From assembly GCA_964398035.1 (NCBI GenBank), contig CAYNLI010000001.1:8785-72784 (forward strand): a stretch of DNA of 64,000 nucleotides, read 5' to 3'. Below, one piece after another: positions 51,297-60,158 of the stretch. Position 1 is the stretch's first letter; every line of letters begins with the position of its first letter. Below the pieces are notes generated by a model that was not told the DNA's origin, made no database searches, and worked only from the letters and a program-made list of their open reading frames with translations. A program made the translations under genes and the position numbers. Source of the stretch: an uncultured Flavobacteriaceae bacterium. Lineage in GTDB: Bacteria; Bacteroidota; Bacteroidia; Flavobacteriales; Flavobacteriaceae.

Positions 51297-51923
51297 ATGA
51301 AAATAAAGTCTTCTGACTTTGTAATGAGCAACTCTAGCGTGGCAAAATGCCCCAATGAACCTATACCAGAATATGCGTTTATAGGTAGGTCCAATGTAGG
51401 GAAGTCTTCATTGATCAATATGCTTACACAAAGAAAAGGTTTAGCTAAAATTTCTGGCAGGCCTGGAAAAACACAACTCATCAACCATTTTAAGATTAAT
51501 GACAATTGGTTTTTAGTAGATTTACCTGGTTATGGTTATGCACGCGTTTCCAAAAAAGACAAAAAAACCTTCCAAAAATACATTACAGATTATTTTTTAT
51601 TGCGCAAACAACTGGTATGTGCTTTTGTTTTAATCGATATAAGACATGAACCACAAAAAGTGGATTTAGATTTCATGGAGTGGATGGGCGAAAACCAAAT
51701 ACCTTTCTCCATTATATTCACTAAAGCTGACAAATTAAAACCTAAGGCAATTGAACAGCACGTGCAAAAATACATTGAGCAATTGTTAAATGGAATATGG
51801 GAAGAAGCACCCAATTACTTCATCACTTCCTCTTCCAAAAATATAGGTAGGGACACCGTTTTAGACTATATTGATACTATTAATACTGATTTCTTTAACG
51901 AAAAGAGAGCTGATTTTCTTTAA
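51297..51923 (+). CDS. engB: Ribosome biogenesis GTPase EngB/YihA/YsxC
   Basis: GRSNVGKSS, PGKT, DLPGYG, TKADK. Confidence 0.96.
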   Translation: MKIKSSDFVMSNSSVAKCPNEPIPEYAFIGRSNVGKSSLINMLTQRKGLAKISGRPGKTQLINHFKINDNWFLVDLPGYGYARVSKKDKKTFQKYITDYFLLRKQLVCAFVLIDIRHEPQKVDLDFMEWMGENQIPFSIIFTKADKLKPKAIEQHVQKYIEQLLNGIWEEAPNYFITSSSKNIGRDTVLDYIDTINTDFFNEKRADFL

Positions 51924-52333
51924 TCCTTAAAAAATTTCTTTTTTCGTGCCTCTATAAGCTCAATGAATTCTTCAGAAGTTTCTACAACATCCATTATCTC
52001 TGTATGGATAAAAACCTCCATATAATTGTTTTTCACAGCCAGTACTATAGGGTAGGTGTAGGTATCTCCTTCTTTAGAATCGTATTTTTTTACAAATTCA
52101 TTTTTATGTAAAAACTCCATTTCAATGGCATTTGGATCATGAACTTTTGAAAGTTTCTTGTTCTTCTTGCGATATTTACGCCAAACACTATCTTCTCTAA
52201 TAGAGCCATAGGTAATATCACAAAGATTACATGCATACGTATCTGGACTTATAATTTTATGGGCACTATCTAAAATTGCATTGTGTATTCCAGAATTGGC
52301 ATTGTAAACGAATATAAGTTTGTTCTCAGCCAT
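51920..52333 (-). CDS. Hypothetical protein with CxxC motif
   Basis: LIFVYNANSG..SAHKIISPDTYACNLCDITYG; no GTPase motifs. Confidence 0.75.
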   Translation of the reverse strand: MAENKLIFVYNANSGIHNAILDSAHKIISPDTYACNLCDITYGSIREDSVWRKYRKKNKKLSKVHDPNAIEMEFLHKNEFVKKYDSKEGDTYTYPIVLAVKNNYMEVFIHTEIMDVVETSEEFIELIEARKKKFFKD

Positions 52334-52336
52334 AAA

Positions 52337-52672
52337 CTACTTCTTCAGTTCTAACTTCTCAGCAAAATAATCACAAAAATCTTTCATTGTAGCTGTCATT
52401 TTTTCATCCTGCGTGGCTTTCATAAAAGTATCAGATAAAGAAACCAATGTTTGGTGAAAGAAAACTTTCATTTCATCAACGGGCATATCCTTGGTCCATA
52501 AATCAATTTTTAAAGATTCTTGTTTTTTACTATCCCAAACAGACAGCAACATTGCTTTTGCCTCTTCATTGGCTATTCCGCCATCCTGAGCAGACCATGT
52601 TATTTTTTCAGGAACTTGATTTTCATCTAATCCTACACGTAATGTAATCTCTGATGTATGTAATTTTACCAT
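52337..52672 (-). CDS. gldC: Gliding motility protein GldC
   Basis: LDENQVPEKITWSAQDG, IDLWTKDMPVDEMK; follows gldB. Confidence 0.92.
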   Translation of the reverse strand: MVKLHTSEITLRVGLDENQVPEKITWSAQDGGIANEEAKAMLLSVWDSKKQESLKIDLWTKDMPVDEMKVFFHQTLVSLSDTFMKATQDEKMTATMKDFCDYFAEKLELKK

Positions 52673-53638
52673 TTATTTTGCTGGTTTGTAATTTGCTTTC
52701 TTAAAGACTTCTTCCGCAGGTAAATTTAACAGTTGTTGTAGTGTAATGTCATTGTTATCTATAAACGCCCTCACTATTTGCCATCCCATATAACGACCTA
52801 TCCTGCCTGGTGACTCATTGTCTATCAATTCTAATTGAAACTTAGAAAATGGAGCTGGGTCCAAGAACCTTGGACCTAACTTATTGTCCGTACTGTACAA
52901 TAGTTCTTTTTCAATAAAATACCGCCACATTTGCTCTTCATTGTCTTTTGCCCAATCCATTTGTTCTTGTGTGTATCCAATTTTTTGAGCATCAGTTTTA
53001 AAAGGAATCAACTTGTCTTTTACATACAGTTCCTTACCATAATAAATCAATTGTGACAAAAAGGAGCGATCTCTTGGCCGTGAAACCACTTTTTTAGCAA
53101 AAGCACTAGCCACATCACTGGCCATATATTCTTTATCTAACCCATCAGCTATATATCGCTGAATTCTCGCATAAAATTTATGGGAACTTCCTAAATAATT
53201 ATCCAGCCCTATAAGTAACAATGTATCAGCCAATATTACCCTATTATTATATTCCACATCAGAAATTACTGTAATTACTTTAGGTGTTTTATACTTGGGG
53301 AAATAATAGGTTATATGTTTAAAAAGAAGTTCTAAATCTGCCGTTTCATTTTCGAAATTCCCAAAAGTAGCGTCGACTTCACTCAGCAACTCTAACTGTA
53401 AGGTATCTTTCATCTTAGCTACCCATATACTATCTGGATATTGTTCTGGAAATAGATAAGGATATTTCTTTTTTAATGTTGGAAGTTGTGATGGTGTTAT
53501 TTCAGCAAACTCGCGGTCAAAACGATTCACCTGAAGATCCAAATCAATTTCGGCTATTTCTTGAGAAACTTTATCGTCATCTCCGCAGCTGATTAAAACA
53601 ATAAATAATATAAAAACTATAAAATTAGCTTTCCCCAT
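52673..53638 (-). CDS. gldB: Gliding motility lipoprotein GldB
   Basis: LISC lipobox; RFD, LDNYLG, YYGK, NEEQMW, PAPFSKF, SPGRIG.YMGWQIV. Confidence 0.9.
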   Translation of the reverse strand: MGKANFIVFILFIVLISCGDDDKVSQEIAEIDLDLQVNRFDREFAEITPSQLPTLKKKYPYLFPEQYPDSIWVAKMKDTLQLELLSEVDATFGNFENETADLELLFKHITYYFPKYKTPKVITVISDVEYNNRVILADTLLLIGLDNYLGSSHKFYARIQRYIADGLDKEYMASDVASAFAKKVVSRPRDRSFLSQLIYYGKELYVKDKLIPFKTDAQKIGYTQEQMDWAKDNEEQMWRYFIEKELLYSTDNKLGPRFLDPAPFSKFQLELIDNESPGRIGRYMGWQIVRAFIDNNDITLQQLLNLPAEEVFKKANYKPAK

Positions 53639-53730
53639 AAGAAGTAATTGATTGTAAGTTTTATTTTTAGTTTGTTACGCTCTATTTTTACAAAGCAAAG
53701 TTAATTGTTTTCACTCTAAAAAATACTACC

Positions 53731-54519
53731 ATGCAAACTGAAAAAGTAATAGACCATATTGTAACGTGGTTAAAAGACTATGCAACCAATGCAAATATAA
53801 AAGGTTTTGTAATTGGGGTTTCTGGAGGAATAGACTCTGCTGTAACCTCAACACTTTGTGCAAAAACAGGTTTGGACCTATTAATTTTGGAAATGCCAAT
53901 ACACCAAGCTGAAAGCCAAGTAAACCGTGCTTCTGCGCACATAGATTGGCTTATGGGCAATTTTAACAATGTTAACCGTCAACAAGTAGATCTTACACCC
54001 GTTTTTGACAGTTTAGTAAATGCTCTACCTAAAGTGGACAATGAGGAAGAGCGTTTTATGTCGCTTGCAAACACAAGAGCAAGATTACGCATGACCAGTC
54101 TATATTATTTTGCAGCGTTAAAAGGATGTTTAGTGGCCGGTACAGGAAACAAAGTAGAAGATTTTGGTGTTGGTTTTTACACTAAATATGGCGATGGCGG
54201 TGTAGACATAAGCCCAATTGCAGATTTAATGAAGTCTGAAGTATATGACATTGCCAAATATCTTGGTGTTAATGAAGATATTATTAAGGCAGCCCCTACT
54301 GATGGCCTTTGGGGCGATGATAGAACAGATGAAGATCAAATAGGCGCTTCATACCCAGAACTGGAATGGGCAATGGAGATGGATGCCGCTAAAAAGTCTT
54401 CTGACGATTTTACTGGGAGAAAAAAGAAGGTTTTTCTTATATATAAAAAGTTGAATTCTTCAAATAGACATAAAATGATTCCTATACCAGTTTGTGAGGT
54501 GCCCACTAAGATAAAATAA
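53731..54519 (+). CDS. nadE: NH3-dependent NAD+ synthetase
   Basis: GVSGGIDS, RARLRM, GFYTKYGDG, PTDGLW, TDEDQIG. Confidence 0.95.
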   Translation: MQTEKVIDHIVTWLKDYATNANIKGFVIGVSGGIDSAVTSTLCAKTGLDLLILEMPIHQAESQVNRASAHIDWLMGNFNNVNRQQVDLTPVFDSLVNALPKVDNEEERFMSLANTRARLRMTSLYYFAALKGCLVAGTGNKVEDFGVGFYTKYGDGGVDISPIADLMKSEVYDIAKYLGVNEDIIKAAPTDGLWGDDRTDEDQIGASYPELEWAMEMDAAKKSSDDFTGRKKKVFLIYKKLNSSNRHKMIPIPVCEVPTKIK

Positions 54520-54691
54520 CCTCTTAGCTGATAATCATGTGATTAAATCGAAAAAAAGTGAAAATACCTCGTTTTTGACAAAAAAAAGCAACCTTTACTC
54601 TTTTAAAATAAGATTTTTAACCTTACATTGCGCGTCAGTATTTTTAGACGAACTTAACAAGTAAGTTAATATCTACTCAAACCAAGAAACA

Positions 54692-55321
54692 ATGATAAAA
54701 GTATTGATTGCGGACAATCATCCTATTGTAAGAATAGGGGTTAAAGAAGTTCTAAGGTCTACTAAGGATTTTGAAGTCATCAATGATGTTTCTACTACTT
54801 CTGAATTATTTGAAGCATTAAAAACCAGTACTCCAGATGTAGTAATGTTAGAAATGGACATTCCTGAAATTAATGGTATTGCCGCGCTAAGAAAACTAAA
54901 ACAAGAATACCCAAGCATAAAAGTGCTTATATATAGTGGACAATCAGAAGATGTTTATGCCCTTAGCACTATTAGAGCTGGAGCTTATGGCTATCTTTCC
55001 AAAACAGCAGATTTGGATTATATTATTAGTGCTGTAAAGAAAGTTAGCAATGGCGATATGTTTATTACCAATGAGTTGGCACAACGTTTAGCTTTTGATG
55101 AAGGCACAAAAAAACCAAGAAGGTTCTTTAGAAAACTCTCAACTAGAGAAGTTGAAGTATTAAAAATGTTAGCTAGTGGAAAACGAAACAAAGAAGTTGC
55201 ACAAGCTTTAAACCTTAATGAGAAAACAGTAAGCACCTACAAAGCACGTTTAATGCGTAAACTTAATGTAGATAACCTTGTAGATTTATTACAACAAGCA
55301 AAAGCTTTGGAATTGTATTAA
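54692..55321 (+). CDS. Orphan NarL/LuxR-family response regulator
   Basis: Receiver domain plus LSTREVEVL..KTVSTYK HTH; degenerate acidic pocket (ADNH; VMLEM). Confidence 0.9.
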   Translation: MIKVLIADNHPIVRIGVKEVLRSTKDFEVINDVSTTSELFEALKTSTPDVVMLEMDIPEINGIAALRKLKQEYPSIKVLIYSGQSEDVYALSTIRAGAYGYLSKTADLDYIISAVKKVSNGDMFITNELAQRLAFDEGTKKPRRFFRKLSTREVEVLKMLASGKRNKEVAQALNLNEKTVSTYKARLMRKLNVDNLVDLLQQAKALELY

Positions 55322-55347
55322 ACTAATAATACTATAACGATTGAGAC

Positions 55348-55380
55348 AAACCCTCAGAATTTTATATCTGAGGGTTTTTT
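55348..55380. terminator. Terminator between response regulator and dnaG
   Basis: AAACCCTCAGA / TCTGAGGGTTT followed by TTT. Confidence 0.82.
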
Positions 55381-55397
55381 CTTTTCAAGATAGTCTT

Positions 55398-57374
55398 CTA
55401 ATAAGCAAGTACTCTACCCAAACTCCTATACAAAAGCTCTCTTAACCTATTGTAATCATTCACTTCAGTTAAAACATCATCATTATTCTCATTTTCTTGT
55501 ACTTTATCAATTAAAGAACTTACTAGCTTGTTGATTAAAAAACACCTTAATGTTAAAATGGTTTGATTAACTAATTGAACTATTTTTTCTTTCTTTTCTG
55601 GCGGAAATATATTTTTCCGATGCCAATCATCCATTGAATACTTATCGTCTTCCATTAATATGGATGATATTTCAGCTCCAGTTTCTTGGTCTAACGTAGA
55701 AATAAATATACTTACTGAAAAATCTTCATTCTTATTAAGCTCTTCTATTAATTTATAATAAACATTTCTGAATTTTTCATCAGCAAATTCAACCTCATCC
55801 TCTTGAAGGCTTAAATATATCTTTTCATATACCTTTGCCTTTATATTGTCCTTTTCTAAAACTAGCTCTCCACTATCATTTTCTTTTTGAATTAAATCTT
55901 CAAAATCCTGTTCTATATCACCATATAACAACAACAACTCTATTATTTTCCGCTCTAACTCATATTGAACATCAACCTTTTCTACATTTTGTTGATTCTT
56001 GACTACTTCAAAAGCCTTTTGTTTCTGTCTAACTTTTTTTGAAGCATCAGAAATTTCTTTTTTTCCAATCTGTGCGAGGGTGTTGAACAAAACATCCTCA
56101 GAAACATTCATTAATCTTGCACATTCCTGAATGTATATTTCTTTTTTTATAGGGTCAGGAATTTTAGAAATACTGTTTACAATATCTCTAACTGTTTCAG
56201 CTTTCTTTATTGGATCATTATTGGACTCTTTAACTAATAATGAGGTTTTAAACTGAATAAAATCTTGTGAATTTTCTTGTAGATAGAGCACAACATCATC
56301 ATACTCATTATTTTTTGCAAAACTATCTGGATCTTCTCCTTCTGGAAAGGTACAGACCTTAACGTTCATGCCCTGTTCCAAAATTAAATCTATCCCTCGT
56401 AGCGAAGCTCTTAACCCAGCTGCATCACCATCAAACAGAACAGTAATATTTTTAGTCAACCTATTGACCAATCTAATTTGATCAGGTGTCAAGGCCGTTC
56501 CACTGGATGCCACTACGTTTTGAATTCCTCTTTGGTAAAACTGAATTACATCCGTATATCCCTCAACCAAATAACAATTATCCTCTTTTGCTATGGCCTG
56601 CTTGGCATAATTAATACCGTAGAGCACTTTACTTTTATGGTAAATATCACTCTCTGGAGAATTTAAATATTTTGCAGCCTTTTTATCATTGGTCAAAATT
56701 CGACCTCCAAAACCCAATACCCTACCACTCATGGAATGGATGGGAAACATAACGCGACCTTTAAAACGGTCAAATTTCTTAGAAACACCTTCCCCCCCTT
56801 TTACAATGGTAAGTCCAGTTTTTTGTAAAAATTCCAATTGAAATGCTTTCTCTAAAGCAGTACTTGTAAAAGCTTCCCATTGATCTAAACTATAACCGAG
56901 CTTAAATCTTTTAATGGTTTCATCTGTAAATCCACGTTCCTTAAAATAGCTTAACCCAATAGCCTTTCCAAGTTCTGATTCCCAAAGGTTTTTCGCAAAA
57001 TACTCTTGAGCATATTCTGACACCAAATACATGCTCTCTCGTTCATTGGCCTGCTCCTTCTGCTCATCGCTCTGTTCTGTTTCCTCTACTTCTATATTGT
57101 ACTTTTTAGCTAAGTATTTAATAGCCTCTGGATATGTGAAATGTTCATGTTCCATTAAAAAAGCCACCACATTACCGCCTTTGCCACTACTAAAATCTTT
57201 CCAAATTTGTTTTACTGGAGACACCATAAAGCTAGGTGAGCGTTCATCTGTAAACGGACTTAATCCTTTAAAGTTGGATCCTGCTTTTTTTAACTGCACA
57301 AAATCCCCGATAACCTCCTCTAAGCGAGCGGTTTCATATACTTGGTCTATGGTAGATTTTGAAATCAAGGTCAA
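55398..57374 (-). CDS. dnaG: DNA primase
   Basis: GLSPF.DERSPSF, DRFKGRVMFPI, FGGR, KYLNSPE, VEGYTD, FDGD TOPRIM, DPD; TTG start (57374 or 57368). Confidence 0.96.
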   Translation of the reverse strand: MTLISKSTIDQVYETARLEEVIGDFVQLKKAGSNFKGLSPFTDERSPSFMVSPVKQIWKDFSSGKGGNVVAFLMEHEHFTYPEAIKYLAKKYNIEVEETEQSDEQKEQANERESMYLVSEYAQEYFAKNLWESELGKAIGLSYFKERGFTDETIKRFKLGYSLDQWEAFTSTALEKAFQLEFLQKTGLTIVKGGEGVSKKFDRFKGRVMFPIHSMSGRVLGFGGRILTNDKKAAKYLNSPESDIYHKSKVLYGINYAKQAIAKEDNCYLVEGYTDVIQFYQRGIQNVVASSGTALTPDQIRLVNRLTKNITVLFDGDAAGLRASLRGIDLILEQGMNVKVCTFPEGEDPDSFAKNNEYDDVVLYLQENSQDFIQFKTSLLVKESNNDPIKKAETVRDIVNSISKIPDPIKKEIYIQECARLMNVSEDVLFNTLAQIGKKEISDASKKVRQKQKAFEVVKNQQNVEKVDVQYELERKIIELLLLYGDIEQDFEDLIQKENDSGELVLEKDNIKAKVYEKIYLSLQEDEVEFADEKFRNVYYKLIEELNKNEDFSVSIFISTLDQETGAEISSILMEDDKYSMDDWHRKNIFPPEKKEKIVQLVNQTILTLRCFLINKLVSSLIDKVQENENNDDVLTEVNDYNRLRELLYRSLGRVLAY

Positions 57375-57459
57375 CTATTTTGTAGCAGATAAATGTAACA
57401 AAAATACTTACGCTTAAAAAGGGAATATTATGTAGATTGATGTCTAATTTAAATTTAAG

Positions 57460-57570
57460 ATGATTTTATTTTTTGGCACTCGCACTGGCAAGACAAAAAT
57501 TACACTAATAAAAAATACCATCTGTCCACATTGTGAACAGACAAGTCCAGTTTACATTTCAGACTACTAA
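57460..57570 (+). pseudogene. Truncated zinc-ribbon domain gene
   Basis: MILFFGTRTGKTKITLIKNTICPHCEQTSPVYISDY*: zinc-ribbon-like N-terminus with only one CxxC. Confidence 0.6.
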
Positions 57571-57599
57571 ACACTAAAATGTTACACAGAATCCTTTAT

Positions 57600-58664
57600 T
57601 TACAAATCAAACCTTAGACCCAAGGAGATATTATGTTGTTCTATAGCTGCATCTTTAAATAAAGGGTTTAAATCATATTTTACATATAACAGCACCCCAT
57701 CAAAACCAATATAACCACTTATGCCATAAACAAAATCTGTTGTGTTATACCCTCTTTTCAGTTTATCCTTTACATTCTCACCGGCTCTATTATATTTTAG
57801 TTTTTGGCGTGTTCCAAGATTAAAACCACCATATCCTCCAACACCTATTCTAAACTGATTTTGTAACGAATACCTAAAACTATTTTCTTTCTCTCGTCTT
57901 TTAGATGGTCCAAATTCTAAGTGTACAGGAAACACCAAATTGTCCATTCGTAATTTTGATTTCTTTAAACTATATTCAAATTCAGCCAATTCTGCCTGCC
58001 CATCATTGATAGCAAAATATTGATTTCCTTTAGGTTTTAAGCCATTGTACTGAAAAGAGAAACCATAATTTAGTCTTAAAAAATTGGAATTCTTAAACAC
58101 TCTGGTTCTCCACTGCCACCCCATTTCAAAAAAACGGCTTCCACCTACTTTATAGGGTGAATCTTCTAAAGACTGTCCATCTATCAATGTATTGTTCAAA
58201 CCAATTGCCATTACAAAATCCGAATACGTTCTGCGGTCATACTTAATTTCTCTTTTCCGTTTCTTAGAAGTAAAAGAAAAAGCTGGTTTCCCATTTATAT
58301 CAACACCAAATCTAATTTTGTCACCATGGATTGTATCGGCTTCAATAAGAATCAATGTTTTTCCGTCATTTCTCTCCAAAAGAGAAGTTTTATTTTCTAG
58401 AATAGCAATTCTATTCTCTATGTTCAATGCCCTTTTTTTAGCTGCTGCTTCTTTTAAAATTATTGCCTCTTCTTTGCTTATATCGTTATTGTCCAATCTC
58501 CTATTTATACTCTCAATTTCTATTTTTAAAGCTTCTTTTTCTTGAAATGTAATTTGGCTTTTTCGCTCTTTTAACACCTCATAGGAAGTATCTTGAGCAC
58601 ATACTTGTTGTGCAAATAATGAAAATAACAACACTAATAAAACGAATATATTTAACGTTCTCAT
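57600..58664 (-). CDS. Outer-membrane beta-barrel protein with N-terminal coiled coil
   Basis: Signal peptide (FA-Q / VCA-Q), helical N-terminal region, alternating beta strands, C-terminal LGLRFDL. Confidence 0.75.
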   Translation of the reverse strand: MRTLNIFVLLVLLFSLFAQQVCAQDTSYEVLKERKSQITFQEKEALKIEIESINRRLDNNDISKEEAIILKEAAAKKRALNIENRIAILENKTSLLERNDGKTLILIEADTIHGDKIRFGVDINGKPAFSFTSKKRKREIKYDRRTYSDFVMAIGLNNTLIDGQSLEDSPYKVGGSRFFEMGWQWRTRVFKNSNFLRLNYGFSFQYNGLKPKGNQYFAINDGQAELAEFEYSLKKSKLRMDNLVFPVHLEFGPSKRREKENSFRYSLQNQFRIGVGGYGGFNLGTRQKLKYNRAGENVKDKLKRGYNTTDFVYGISGYIGFDGVLLYVKYDLNPLFKDAAIEQHNISLGLRFDL

Positions 58665-58681
58665 ACTAATTTGATTTAAAG

Positions 58682-58711
58682 CTCCCTCCTAACCTCCCAA
58701 AAACAGGGAGG
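58682..58711. repeat. C/G-rich palindromic insert (CTCCCTCCTAACCTCCCAAAAACAGGGAGG)
   Basis: CCTCCC/GGGAGG hairpin, compositionally alien to the AT-rich leader. Confidence 0.5.
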
Positions 58712-58750
58712 AAAGTCTGGAAACTGCTTGGTTAATGATTGATGAATAAA

Positions 58751-59491
58751 CTAATTATTACGGTCTGCAACTGCTGTTCTTACTTTTATAAACCCACTCT
58801 TTAAAGACTCAAAAATTTGGTCTCGGAAAGTTTGATCCAACTCACCTTCTACTTCTGTAAGTAATGCCATGGCATCCACTTTTTGGTTTTCCATGAATAT
58901 TTTATTCGTAAGTATTTCTGTTTGAGCTTTTCTAAGCAAAGAATCAACTTCAATATCTGTCAACATAGCATTGTTTTTTTCCAACGAATTGACTTGCGCT
59001 ATTACTTCGGCTATTTTAGAATCTATTATTTTTTCAGAACCTGTTAACTGAACTTTATTGTTATTAATAGAAGTGTTTATCTCTGTATTCATAGTAACAA
59101 CTTCTTGTCCAATATCTATAAACACTATTTTTGCTTCCTTATTAACTTTCTCTTTAATTGGAACAACCTCTTCTACTATTACATAACTCTCTTCTTTTTC
59201 TTTAGCTGGTGTAACAATATCTATTTGCTTTTCTTCAACTTTAATATTCTTAGGAGTATCAACAATCTCAACGCCATTGTCCAATGTATTATTAGTATTA
59301 AAAAACAATACTGAAACTATTATAAAACCTATGAAACTAGCCGCTACTGCGTACCAAACAAAACCTTTTCTTTTATTGTTACTTGGTGTTTCCAGTCTAC
59401 TGGAAATTTGCTCCCAAGCATTTCCTGAGGGCCTAATTTCTCTAGTGCTCAGCTTATCCCTTATTTCGTTTTCAAACTTAATGGGTGCCAT
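58751..59491 (-). CDS. Single-pass membrane protein, putative anti-sigma factor
   Basis: PSGNAWEQISSRL N-terminus, then WYAVAASFIG TM; overlaps the ECF sigma stop. Confidence 0.7.
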   Translation of the reverse strand: MAPIKFENEIRDKLSTREIRPSGNAWEQISSRLETPSNNKRKGFVWYAVAASFIGFIIVSVLFFNTNNTLDNGVEIVDTPKNIKVEEKQIDIVTPAKEKEESYVIVEEVVPIKEKVNKEAKIVFIDIGQEVVTMNTEINTSINNNKVQLTGSEKIIDSKIAEVIAQVNSLEKNNAMLTDIEVDSLLRKAQTEILTNKIFMENQKVDAMALLTEVEGELDQTFRDQIFESLKSGFIKVRTAVADRNN

Positions 59492-60041
59492 AACTTAAAA
59501 TCTTTTGTTCCTTTAATTTTTCTTGCAACATTCTTCTCGCTTTAAACAATTGGGATTTGGATGTGCCTTCAGATATTTGCAGCATTTTCGCTATCTCACT
59601 ATGTTTATATCCTTCAACTGCATACATTACAAACACCATTTTGTATCCTTCTGGAAGCTCATCAATCAGCTTTTGAATATGCTCAACATCCATGTTGGAT
59701 GAAATGGAAACATTCTCTTGAACTTCATTATCTAACAGCTCTTCATCAAAGACTACAAATTGTTTTTTTCGCAAAAAAGAGATGGATTCCCTTATCATAA
59801 TCCTTCTTATCCAACCTTCAAAACTACCTTGGTGCTCAAATGTTTTTAAATGGCCAAAAACCTTCACAAAACCATTAATCATTACATCTTCAGCAAATTG
59901 CACGTCTTTAACATACTGCCTGCACACACTTAACATTTTAGGTGCATATTTTTTATAGATAAACTGCTGGGCCTCCCTATTGTTTGAGATTGCTTTGCTG
60001 ATTAATCTTTTCTCGTTATTGTAAAATGAAATGATTTTCAA
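59478..60041 (-). CDS. ECF RNA polymerase sigma factor
   Basis: AEDVMINGFVKVF, SFEGWIRRI, LPEGYKMVF..EGYKHSEIA..GTSKSQLFKAR; TTG start. Confidence 0.94.
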   Translation of the reverse strand: MKIISFYNNEKRLISKAISNNREAQQFIYKKYAPKMLSVCRQYVKDVQFAEDVMINGFVKVFGHLKTFEHQGSFEGWIRRIMIRESISFLRKKQFVVFDEELLDNEVQENVSISSNMDVEHIQKLIDELPEGYKMVFVMYAVEGYKHSEIAKMLQISEGTSKSQLFKARRMLQEKLKEQKILSYGTH

Positions 60042-60068
60042 AACCTTACATATTGTCTTCTATAAAGA

Positions 60069-60097
60069 TAGACGTATTGTGTACAAAAAACGTTGCC
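60069..60097 (-). promoter_or_regulatory. ECF-type autoregulatory promoter (GGCAAC-N17-CGTCTA)
   Basis: Canonical AAC/CGT cores, 27 nt upstream of the ECF start codon. Confidence 0.65.
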
Positions 60098-60158
60098 TAA
60101 GAAAGGAAGGTTTTTCATGTGGATTTGACAAGTAATTTATTATCAGTGCATTATGTAA

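Noticed and set aside
10002..53638. T9SS/gliding genes (plug-like, porT, gldB, gldC) as a novel secretion cluster
   Set aside because: Dispersed, known components in their usual housekeeping contexts.
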